The notes under the pieces were generated by a model, which was not told the origin of the DNA, did no database searches, and saw nothing but the letters and a program-made list of their open reading frames with translations. Shown here piece after piece: positions 26,657 through 36,494 of a stretch of DNA of 58,040 nucleotides (positions are counted from its first letter, which is position 1; every line of letters starts with the position of its first letter). The DNA is from Cryobacterium sp. (GTDB lineage: Bacteria; Actinomycetota; Actinomycetes; Actinomycetales; Microbacteriaceae): NCBI GenBank assembly GCA_014376815.1, contig JACMQV010000018.1, positions 1 through 58,040 on the forward strand, read 5' to 3'. Made by a program: the position numbers and the translations under genes.

Positions 26657-28528
26657 TCAGTCTTCGCGGAGGTTGCGCTTCTCGGCCTCGACCCGCACCA
26701 ATTCGCGCTGGATCGCCACGTAGACCTCGCGGTTGGAGGCGTCCGCCCGCTGGAGCCGGCCGAGCAGCTCGGCCTTCTGCCGGAGCAGGTCCCGGTCGAC
26801 CAGGGCGACCGTGACGTCGCGCACGTACCGGGCCATCTCGCGTTCGGAGCGCTCCGGCAGGGATGCCATGGCCAAATCCTTGACCAGGTTCTCCAGCGGG
26901 GCCGGAACCTCGGTGACGACACGTTCCAGCCAGTCGGCGGCCGCATGGTGCGCCAGGCTGGCCGCGATGGCGTCGCGCACGACGGCCAGGGACTGGTTCG
27001 AGAACGTCGTCTGCACGGCGCGCTGCAGCAGTTCCAGCCCGACCACGCTCGGGCGCTGGAGCATGGCCATCAGTCCGTCGCGTTCGAGCCGGGTGACCGG
27101 ATCGGTGGCGAGGTCGACCATGGAGAAGGGCTGCTCCCGCAGCGGACCGTCGTCCCGGCCCGCGTGCCGGTTGGTGTCCTCCGCCGACCCGGCGGAGCGG
27201 GAGCGGGACAGGGCCGCGGAGACGGCCTTGCCGACCTCACCGAGCTCCATCCCCAACATGCGGGCCAGCTCATGGGTGTACCCGGGGCGCAGGGCGGGGT
27301 CGCGGATGTCGCTGACGATCGGCGCCGCGGACCGGAGCGCGGCCACCCGGCCCTCCACCGTGTCGAGGTTGTACTGGCCGAGCAGCTGCCGGATCATGAA
27401 CTCGAACATGGGCTTCTTCGAGTCGATCAGGCGGCGCACGGCGTCGTCGCCCCGGTGCAGGCGCAGGTCGCAGGGGTCCAGACCCTCCGGGGCAACCGCC
27501 ACGAACGTCTGGGCGGTGAAACGCTGCTCCTCGGTGAAGGCGCGCATGGCCGCCTTCTGCCCGGCGGCGTCCGGGTCGAACGTGAACACGACCTCGCCCA
27601 CCCCGCTGTCGTCGCCGAGCACCCGGCGGAGCACCTTGATGTGGTCGACACCGAAGGAGGTGCCGCAGGTGGCCACCGCCGTGGTGACCCCGGCCAGGTG
27701 GCACGCCATCACATCCGTGTACCCCTCGACGACGACGACCTGGTGCCCGCGGGAGATGTCCCGCTTGGCAAGGTCCAGCCCGTAGAGCACCTGGGCCTTG
27801 TGGTAGATCGGCGTCTCGGGCGTGTTGAGGTACTTGGGGCCCTTGTCGTCGTCGAGGAGCTTGCGGGCGCCGAAGCCGATGGTCTGCCCGGTGATGTCGC
27901 GGATGGGCCAGACCAGGCGACCGCGGAACCGGTCGTACACGCCGCTCGTACCCTCCCGGCTCGAGACCAGCCCGGAGAGCGTGAGCTCCTCCGTGGTGAA
28001 CCCCTTAGCCCTGAGATGGTTGGTGAGTTCGTCCCAGCTCTTCGGGGCGAAGCCCACGCCGAAGCGGGCGGCGGCCAGGGCGTCGAAGCCGCGTTCGCCG
28101 AGGAAGGCGCGTCCGACGGCGGCGCCGGCGCTGCCGAGCCGCTCGACGAAGAAGTCAGCGGCGGCCTGGTTGGCGGCGTACAGCCGGGCCCGGTTGGTGT
28201 GGTCGGGGGCGGCGCCCTCGCCGCCCTCGTAGTGGAGTTCGATGCCGACGCGCCCGGCGAGGCGTTCGACGGCCTCGCTGAAGCTGACGTGGTCCATCTT
28301 CTGCAGGAAGGAGTAGACGTCCCCGCTCTCGCCACAGCCGAAGCAGTGGTAGAAACCCACCTGGGGACGGACATGGAAGCTGGGGCTGCGCTCGTCGTGG
28401 AACGGGCAGAGGCCCTTCAACGACCCGACCCCGGCCGACTTGAGGCTCACATAATCGCCGACGATGTCGGCGATGTTGGTGCGGGCCTTGACCTCTTCGA
28501 TGTCGTCTTGTCGAATCAGGCCTGCCAT
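26657..28528 (-). CDS. dnaG: DNA primase
   Basis: Zn finger 'CPFH...CFGC', 'DRFRGR', 'PKYLNTPET', 'VVEGYTDV', 'FDPDAAG'. Confidence 0.98.
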   Translation of the reverse strand: MAGLIRQDDIEEVKARTNIADIVGDYVSLKSAGVGSLKGLCPFHDERSPSFHVRPQVGFYHCFGCGESGDVYSFLQKMDHVSFSEAVERLAGRVGIELHYEGGEGAAPDHTNRARLYAANQAAADFFVERLGSAGAAVGRAFLGERGFDALAAARFGVGFAPKSWDELTNHLRAKGFTTEELTLSGLVSSREGTSGVYDRFRGRLVWPIRDITGQTIGFGARKLLDDDKGPKYLNTPETPIYHKAQVLYGLDLAKRDISRGHQVVVVEGYTDVMACHLAGVTTAVATCGTSFGVDHIKVLRRVLGDDSGVGEVVFTFDPDAAGQKAAMRAFTEEQRFTAQTFVAVAPEGLDPCDLRLHRGDDAVRRLIDSKKPMFEFMIRQLLGQYNLDTVEGRVAALRSAAPIVSDIRDPALRPGYTHELARMLGMELGEVGKAVSAALSRSRSAGSAEDTNRHAGRDDGPLREQPFSMVDLATDPVTRLERDGLMAMLQRPSVVGLELLQRAVQTTFSNQSLAVVRDAIAASLAHHAAADWLERVVTEVPAPLENLVKDLAMASLPERSEREMARYVRDVTVALVDRDLLRQKAELLGRLQRADASNREVYVAIQRELVRVEAEKRNLRED

Positions 28529-28602
28529 AGCTGAATGTTAGTCCTGCCCGTGTGGGTGTTCGGCCCGGTGAACCGGTTTGTGGAGATACGGATGGGCCGG
28601 GC

Positions 28603-29850
28603 TCAGTCCTGCACGAGGCGTTCGTACCAGGCCAGGGCGGACTGGTCGGTGAGGCTGGCCACCTGGTCGACGACCACGCGCTTGCGGGCGGCATCGTCGG
28701 CGGCGCCCTGCCAGTCCTCGCGGAATCCGGCGTCGAGGTGCTCGTCGCCCGAGGTGTGCAGGCGCTCGGCGAGCCGGCTGAGCACGGTGCGCTGCTGGGT
28801 GTAGATCGGCTGCCGGGTGTTGTTGGACATGACGAAGGCCGCCACGACGCCCTTGAGCACGGCGATTTCCGCCTGGATTTCCCGCGGCACCACGACGTGG
28901 GCCCCGAACCGGAGAAGGCTCTCCGCCGGGTAGGACTGCCGGGTGGCGTGCACGGCAGCCCCGGAGAAGCGGCCGATCAACTGGCTGGTGAGGGTCTTGA
29001 GGCGCCCCTGGTCACGGCGCCCGGCCGTCCAGGTGCGCAGCCAGGAGTCCAGCGCCCCCAGCCGGTCGTAGGCCTGGGCCAGCTCCTCATGCGACACGGC
29101 GCCGCCGATCCAGGCATGCATCGACGAGACGAGTTCGGCGCTGGCCCGGCCGTTGAGCGCGGCGACATCGACGTAGCCGTTGACCACGGCATCCTCGAAG
29201 TCGTGCACGGAGTAGGCGATGTCGTCCGACAGGTCCATCACCTCCGCCTCGATGCAGAGGCGTCGGTCTGGGGCGTCCGCGCGCATCCACTCGAAGGCGG
29301 TCCGGTCGTCGTGGTAGAAGCCGAATTTCGCACGCCCGCTCGGATCGGCTACCGAGTACTCGTCCGGCCACGGGTACTTGCAGCTGGCGTCGAGGCTTGC
29401 CCGGGTGAGGTTGAGCCCATAACTGCGGCCGTCGGGGCCGAATACCTTGGGTTCGAGGCGGGTCAGCAGACGCAGGGTCTGCGCGTTGCCTTCGAAGCCG
29501 CCGATGTCGGCCGACCAGTCGTTCAGCGCCCGTTCGCCGTTGTGGCCGAACGGCGGATGTCCGATGTCGTGGGCGAGGCACGCGGTGTCGACGATGTCGG
29601 GGTCGAGGCCGAGCCGCAGGGCGAGCTCCCGGCCGACCTGGGCGACCTCCAGGGAATGGGTGAGCCGGTTCCGGGCGAAGTCGAGGCCCGCAGTCGGACT
29701 CAGCACCTGGGTCTTGGCCGCGAGGCGCCGCAGCGCGCTGGAATGCAGCAGCCTGGCCCGGTCGCGCGCGAAATCACTACGCCTGGAGCCGTGCTGCTCC
29801 GGCAGCCAGCGCTGCTCGTCGTGGGTGCTGTACCCTGTCTCGTTAGCCAC
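28603..29850 (-). CDS. dgt: Deoxyguanosinetriphosphate triphosphohydrolase
   Basis: 'RRLAAKTQV', 'RLTHSLEV', HD motif 'LAHDIGHPPFGH.GE', 'DDIAYSVHD'. Confidence 0.95.
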   Translation of the reverse strand: MANETGYSTHDEQRWLPEQHGSRRSDFARDRARLLHSSALRRLAAKTQVLSPTAGLDFARNRLTHSLEVAQVGRELALRLGLDPDIVDTACLAHDIGHPPFGHNGERALNDWSADIGGFEGNAQTLRLLTRLEPKVFGPDGRSYGLNLTRASLDASCKYPWPDEYSVADPSGRAKFGFYHDDRTAFEWMRADAPDRRLCIEAEVMDLSDDIAYSVHDFEDAVVNGYVDVAALNGRASAELVSSMHAWIGGAVSHEELAQAYDRLGALDSWLRTWTAGRRDQGRLKTLTSQLIGRFSGAAVHATRQSYPAESLLRFGAHVVVPREIQAEIAVLKGVVAAFVMSNNTRQPIYTQQRTVLSRLAERLHTSGDEHLDAGFREDWQGAADDAARKRVVVDQVASLTDQSALAWYERLVQD

Positions 29851-31009
29851 CGCTTGTGTCCCCTTCACCCTCGGTCAGGTTGGCGCGCTCCGCGCCTTCG
29901 ATCTCCTGGGAGTCGAGCCAGTGCTCGGGGAGGGCGGTCTTCTTCGGACTGCCCGCACGCCCGCGCGGCCCCTCGGCGCCAGCTCCCGGGTATTCCTGTT
30001 CTCCGTCGAGCGTGCCGAGCAGGTCGTCGAGCTGCGCGAGCGAGACCACCGACGCGAGGCTCGCCCGCAGGTCGCCGCCTACCGGATAACCCTTGAAATA
30101 CCAGGCCACGTGCTTGCGGATGTCGCGGCAGGCCCGCTCCTCGCTCTCGAAGAACTCGGTGAGCAGTTCGGCGTGACGGCGGAACGTGTCCGCGACCTGC
30201 CCCAGGCTGGGCTGGATCCGGGCGGTGGTCAGGTCGCCCCGGAAGGCTGCGGCGAGGTCGCCGAACAGCCACGGACGCCCGAGGCAGCCGCGTCCGACGA
30301 CGACGCCGTCGCATCCGGTCTCGGCCACCATCCGCAGGGCGTCCTCCGCCGACCAGATGTCGCCGTTGCCGAGGATCGGCACGCCGGTGATGGCGTTCTT
30401 GAGCGTCGTGATCGCCGACCAGTCGGCCTGGCCGGAGTAATGCTCGGCCGCCGTGCGGGCGTGCAGGGCGATGGAGGCGACGCCGGCGCCTTCGGCAGCC
30501 TTGCCGGCCTCCAGGTAGGTCAGGTGGTCGGAGTCGATTCCCTTGCGCATCTTGATGGTGACCGGCACCGAGCCGCCGGCGTTCACCGCGGCCTCGACGA
30601 TCTGCCGGAACAGCCCGAGCTTCCAGGGCAGGGCGGCGCCCCCGCCCTTGCGGGTGACCTTGGGCACGGGGCAGCCGAAGTTCAGGTCGATGTGGTCGGC
30701 GCGGTCCTCGGCGACGAGCATGGTGACCGCCTCGGAGACGGTCTTCGGGTCCACCCCGTAGAGCTGGATCGAGCGGGTGGTTTCACTCTCGTGGTGCCGG
30801 ATAAGGCGCATCGACTCCGGGGTGCGCTCGACCAGCGCGCGGGAGGTGATCATCTCGCTGACGTAGAGCCCGGCACCGAACTCGCGGCAGAGCCGGCGGA
30901 ACGCGGTGTTGGTGATGCCCGCCATCGGGGCAAGCACGACGGGCACGTCCAGCGTGAGCGGGCCGATCTGGAGCGGCTTCGCCGGGCCGATCGTGGTTAC
31001 AGGTGTCAT
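29843..31009 (-). CDS. dusB: tRNA-dihydrouridine synthase
   Basis: 'LAPMAG', 'DLNFGCP', 'KMRKG', 'HART', 'GNGDI'. Confidence 0.95.
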   Translation of the reverse strand: MTPVTTIGPAKPLQIGPLTLDVPVVLAPMAGITNTAFRRLCREFGAGLYVSEMITSRALVERTPESMRLIRHHESETTRSIQLYGVDPKTVSEAVTMLVAEDRADHIDLNFGCPVPKVTRKGGGAALPWKLGLFRQIVEAAVNAGGSVPVTIKMRKGIDSDHLTYLEAGKAAEGAGVASIALHARTAAEHYSGQADWSAITTLKNAITGVPILGNGDIWSAEDALRMVAETGCDGVVVGRGCLGRPWLFGDLAAAFRGDLTTARIQPSLGQVADTFRRHAELLTEFFESEERACRDIRKHVAWYFKGYPVGGDLRASLASVVSLAQLDDLLGTLDGEQEYPGAGAEGPRGRAGSPKKTALPEHWLDSQEIEGAERANLTEGEGDTSGG

Positions 31010-31092
31010 CCGTTCAATTCTCCCAGACGCCGGGCTCACCCGTGACCGCCCCCAAAACGGCCCTCCCCTGCCGCCGAGGAGGTGAGGGGGGG

Positions 31093-31227
31093 TCAGGCGC
31101 CGCAGCAGCCGCCGCCGCAGCAGCCGCCCGCGTCGGACTGGCCGAGAAGTTCGATTGTGGGGACCGGGGCAACCTCGGTGGGGGCGGCGGCGGTGGGGAC
31201 GGCCTGGGTGGTGGTCACATCGGTCAT
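31093..31227 (-). CDS. 44-aa peptide ending GGCCGGGCCGA
   Basis: AGGAG RBS inside the upstream gene and ATGA overlap with the DsbA stop; MTDVTTTQAVPTAAAPTEVAPVPTIELLGQSDAGGCCGGGCCGA. Confidence 0.7.
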   Translation of the reverse strand: MTDVTTTQAVPTAAAPTEVAPVPTIELLGQSDAGGCCGGGCCGA

Positions 31228-31928
31228 GTGTTCTGCTCCTGGGTTTGGTGGGTCTGGGTGGTGTCGGTCTGGGTGGTGTCGGTCTGGGACCTTTCGGCCT
31301 GAGCCTGGCTGAGAGCCTGAGCAAAGGTAGCAGGGTCCTGCGCACCGGAGATGCCGTACTTTCCGTCGATCACGAAGAAGGGCACCCCCTGGATGCCGTA
31401 GGCGGCGGCCTGGGCGACGTCGGCCTTGACCGCCGCCAGGAACTCGTTCGCGGTCAGGGAACGCACGACGTCCGCGCGGTCGAGACCGATTTCGGCGGCC
31501 AGGTCGGCCAGGTCCTCGATCCGGCCCACGTGGCGGCCGTCGATGAAGTAGGCCTTGAGCAGGCGTTCCTTCATGTCGAGCTGGCGGCCGTGGGCCTTGG
31601 CGTAGTGCAACAGTTCGTGCGAGATGACCGTATTCGTCTGGTGCACGGAGTCGTAGTCGTAGTGCAGACCGACGCTCTCGGCGATGCCCGTGACCCGCTC
31701 GAGCATCTGCTCCACCTCGGCGAGGGGCAGGCCCTTGCGCTGGCTGAGGTAGTCGACGGGGCTGCCGTCGAAGTCGACCGGGGTATCGGGGGCGAGCTCG
31801 TAGCTGTGGTACTCGACCTCCACTTCCCCGTCGAACAGGGCCGCCCCGGCCTCGAACTTGCGCTTGCCGATGTAGCACCAGGGGCACTGCACGTCGGACC
31901 AGATGTCTACTTTGATGGTTTCGCTCAC
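31224..31928 (-). CDS. DsbA family oxidoreductase, FrnE type
   Basis: 'DIWSDVQCPWCYIGKR', 'GIQGVPFFVID...ISGAQ'. Confidence 0.95.
   Translation of the reverse strand: MSETIKVDIWSDVQCPWCYIGKRKFEAGAALFDGEVEVEYHSYELAPDTPVDFDGSPVDYLSQRKGLPLAEVEQMLERVTGIAESVGLHYDYDSVHQTNTVISHELLHYAKAHGRQLDMKERLLKAYFIDGRHVGRIEDLADLAAEIGLDRADVVRSLTANEFLAAVKADVAQAAAYGIQGVPFFVIDGKYGISGAQDPATFAQALSQAQAERSQTDTTQTDTTQTHQTQEQNT
31251..31288. repeat. 15-bp tandem repeat encoding QTDTT in the DsbA C-terminus
   Basis: GGTCTGGGTGGTGTC twice plus a partial copy. Confidence 0.85.
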
Positions 31929-31968
31929 TGTGGACGCAACCGCCGGGGCCCCATGTTGTATTCCCGTC

Positions 31969-32787
31969 CTAGGCGGTGGGGGCGTCGACGGCGCCGCCGT
32001 AGCGCCGGTTGCGGGACGCGTAGAGCTCCACCGCCCGCCACAGGTCCACGCGGCCGAAGTCCGGCCAAAGCGTGTCCAGGAAGACCATCTCGGCGTACGC
32101 GCTCTGCCAGAGCATGAAGTTGCTGGTGCGCTGCTCCCCCGAGCTGCGCACGAACAGGTCCACGTCAGGGAGGTCGGCGGTGTACAGGTGCCTCTGAATC
32201 GCCTTCTCGGTGATGCCGGAGGGCTTCAGCCGCCCCGCGGCGACGTCCTCGGCCAGCGCGCGCACGGCATCCGCGATCTCGGTGCGGCCGCCGTAGTTCA
32301 CGCACATGGTCAGCGTGAGCACGTCGTTGCCGGCGGTGAGGCGCTCGGCATACTGCAGCTCGTTGATGACGGATGCCCAGAGCCGGGGCTTCCGACCGGC
32401 CCACCGCACGCGCACGCCCCACTCGTTCAGCTGGTCCCGTCGCCGGTGCAGGACATCCCGGTTGAACCCCATCAGGAAACGCACCTCGTCGGGTGAGCGC
32501 TTCCAGTTCTCGGTGGAGAAGGCGTACACGCTCAGGTGCTTGACCCCGATCTGGATTGCGCCGGCGACGACGTCGAGCAGCGCGGCCTCCCCTGCCTTGT
32601 GCCCCTCGACGCGCGGAAGGCCGCGGGCGTTGGCCCACCGGCCGTTGCCGTCCATGACGACGGCCACATGGTCGGGCACGGCCTTCGCGGGCAGCTCGGG
32701 CGGATACAGGCCGGTCCAGTCGAGGGGCTTGAACGCCACCGCGTCCTTGTGCGTGAACGGCTTCTGGGCGAAGGGGTTGGGGATCAT
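31969..32787 (-). CDS. uppS: cis-isoprenyl diphosphate synthase
   Basis: 'VMDGNGRWA', '[10 protein letters not shown]', 'NYGGR', '[11 protein letters not shown]'. Confidence 0.96.
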   Translation of the reverse strand: MIPNPFAQKPFTHKDAVAFKPLDWTGLYPPELPAKAVPDHVAVVMDGNGRWANARGLPRVEGHKAGEAALLDVVAGAIQIGVKHLSVYAFSTENWKRSPDEVRFLMGFNRDVLHRRRDQLNEWGVRVRWAGRKPRLWASVINELQYAERLTAGNDVLTLTMCVNYGGRTEIADAVRALAEDVAAGRLKPSGITEKAIQRHLYTADLPDVDLFVRSSGEQRTSNFMLWQSAYAEMVFLDTLWPDFGRVDLWRAVELYASRNRRYGGAVDAPTA

Positions 32788-33506
32788 CGACTGACGTGCT
32801 CCAAGGATCGGAGGCCGCGCCCGAGATGCCACTGCGTATACGCGGCGACGATCCCGGTGGCCTGGGCTCTGGTCTGGTCTGGGGTTGATTGTGCGTGCTC
32901 CCAGTCTCCCGTGAGCAGGGAGCCGAGCAGCGCGATCGTGGCCGGGTCGAGCCTCGGCGAACCCGGGGCGGCGCAGTCGTCGCAGACGATCCCGCCGACC
33001 TGCACGACCACGGCGGAGTGGCTGCCCTTGGCGCCGCAGCGGGAGCAGTCCTCGAAGCTGGGCGCCCAACCGGCCATCGACAGGGCGCGCAGCAGGTAGG
33101 AGTCGAGGGTCAGGCCGGCGCCGTGCTCCCGGCGGGAGAGTGACCTGAGAGCGCCGACGAGCAACAGGTACTGCTGCAACGAGCCCTCCGCCTCGGTCAG
33201 CTTGTCGGCCGTCTCGACCATGGCGCTGGCCGCCGTGTAGCTCGGGTAGTCGGCGGTGATCAGGGCGCCGTAGGAACCCAGCGATTCCGCCTGGGTGATG
33301 ATGTCGAGGGTGCGCCCCTCGTACAGCTGCACATCGGCGACCATGAACGGCTCGAGCCGGGCCCCGAATTTCGACGCGGTGCGGCGCACGCCCTTGGCGA
33401 CCGCGCGCACCTTGCCGTGCTGCCTCGTGAGCATGGTGACGATACGGTCGGCTTCACCCAGCTTCTGGGTTCGCAGCACGACGGCTTCATCACGGTATAC
33501 GGGCAC
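32784..33506 (-). CDS. recO: DNA repair protein RecO
   Basis: 'LGEADRIVT...[10 protein letters not shown]', CxxC...CxxC zinc site. Confidence 0.96.
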   Translation of the reverse strand: MPVYRDEAVVLRTQKLGEADRIVTMLTRQHGKVRAVAKGVRRTASKFGARLEPFMVADVQLYEGRTLDIITQAESLGSYGALITADYPSYTAASAMVETADKLTEAEGSLQQYLLLVGALRSLSRREHGAGLTLDSYLLRALSMAGWAPSFEDCSRCGAKGSHSAVVVQVGGIVCDDCAAPGSPRLDPATIALLGSLLTGDWEHAQSTPDQTRAQATGIVAAYTQWHLGRGLRSLEHVSR

Positions 33507-33677
33507 CCGTTGATTCTCCCACCCGCGGGCCCCGGGTGCGTTCGCGCCGGCGCTTCGCCGCGCCGCGCCGTGGCCGGCTGGATCTGGCAATCCCCTCAAC
33601 GACGGATTCCGCTCTCGCCTTTCACCCGCTCCGGGGTGAAACTAATGAGAAGAACTCACATCGTCTGGAGGATCCTG

Positions 33678-34430
33678 ATGAACAGATTGAAGGGCAACCC
33701 GCCCGAATCAATGCCGGACCTTATGCCGGTCCTGTCCCGAGGCAAACACCGGAACCCGCGCTCCGGCGCCTGTTTCATGGAGTTCGCGTCCTATCTCGCG
33801 GGCGAGTCCTGGACGGACCATCCGGCCTGCACCCACCCTCTGCTCGCCTCCCTGGCGAGGATGGTCAACGACTGCACGTCGGACACGGCCCGCGCACGCC
33901 TCGTGCCCCTGATCCCGTCGGTGATCGGGCTCAACGGCGACAACCCACGGGTTCGCCTGCTGATCGCCCACCGTGCGGCCGCCTCCGCCCTCCCGGTCAC
34001 CAGCGCCGACCATCAGCGCGCGCTGGCGGTCGGGATCCTCAACTGCGAAAGGCACCTGGCCCGTCCGGACGGCGAACTCGACGAGGACGTCGCCGCCCGG
34101 ATCCGGACGGCGTTTGACGCCGCACCGGACACCGAACGCTGGGCGCGGGAGTTCATCTCCTCCATGGGCTCCTGGACGCGGAGCAAGTTCACGGACCGCA
34201 CCGCGGAGACCATCATCCGGGTGTCGGTGCAGGCCATCGCCGAAGCCTGCACTCCCGACCCGGACGGCCAGCTCTACGATCTCCTGGCCGGGGCGATCGA
34301 GGATTGCACGGCCCTGCTGGCCCCGCCCGCTGCCGAGACTACCCGCGAGGAGACCACCCGCGAGGAGCAGCCCGTCCGGACACACCCCCTGCAGACGAAC
34401 CCCGCTCAGACGCGCACCGCACGAGTCTGA
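33678..34430 (+). CDS. Hypothetical protein with Cys/His motif
   Basis: GGAGG RBS; 'LSRGKH...GACFMEFASYLAGE.W.DHPACTHP...VND'. Confidence 0.75.
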   Translation: MNRLKGNPPESMPDLMPVLSRGKHRNPRSGACFMEFASYLAGESWTDHPACTHPLLASLARMVNDCTSDTARARLVPLIPSVIGLNGDNPRVRLLIAHRAAASALPVTSADHQRALAVGILNCERHLARPDGELDEDVAARIRTAFDAAPDTERWAREFISSMGSWTRSKFTDRTAETIIRVSVQAIAEACTPDPDGQLYDLLAGAIEDCTALLAPPAAETTREETTREEQPVRTHPLQTNPAQTRTARV

Positions 34431-34435
34431 GAACG

Positions 34436-34517
34436 TCCCCGCCGCACCGCGGACGAGAATCGCCGTTACGACCGAGAGGTGGAACGCGATTTTCGTCTGT
34501 GGGCGGCGGCGGGGCGC
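34436..34517. terminator. Long imperfect hairpin between convergent genes
   Basis: Inner arms GACGAGAATCGC / GCGATTTTCGTC plus GC-rich outer arms. Confidence 0.55.
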
Positions 34518-34564
34518 TCGGGTGGGGCGCGCGGGTGGAACGGGTGGGAGTGGAACGGGTGTGA

Positions 34565-36448
<1,884 letters not shown>

Positions 36449-36494
36449 ATGAGCAGGCTACCACCCTCTATCGGCCGCTCCCCCGTGAATTTGG

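Noticed and set aside
21103-28534. Long plus-strand ORFs (590, 432, 378, 540, 628 aa) opposite the ABC operon and dnaG
   Set aside because: Typical stop-poor antisense frames of high-GC genes; no protein motifs
31093-31227. Cys-rich peptide as a radical SAM RiPP precursor
   Set aside because: No modifying enzyme, protease or exporter is adjacent; the only radical SAM gene (hemW) is housekeeping and 17 kb away
31251-31288. Short tandem repeats here and at 34335 and 55331 as possible CRISPR
   Set aside because: Units are adjacent with no spacers, two lie inside coding sequence, and there are no cas genes
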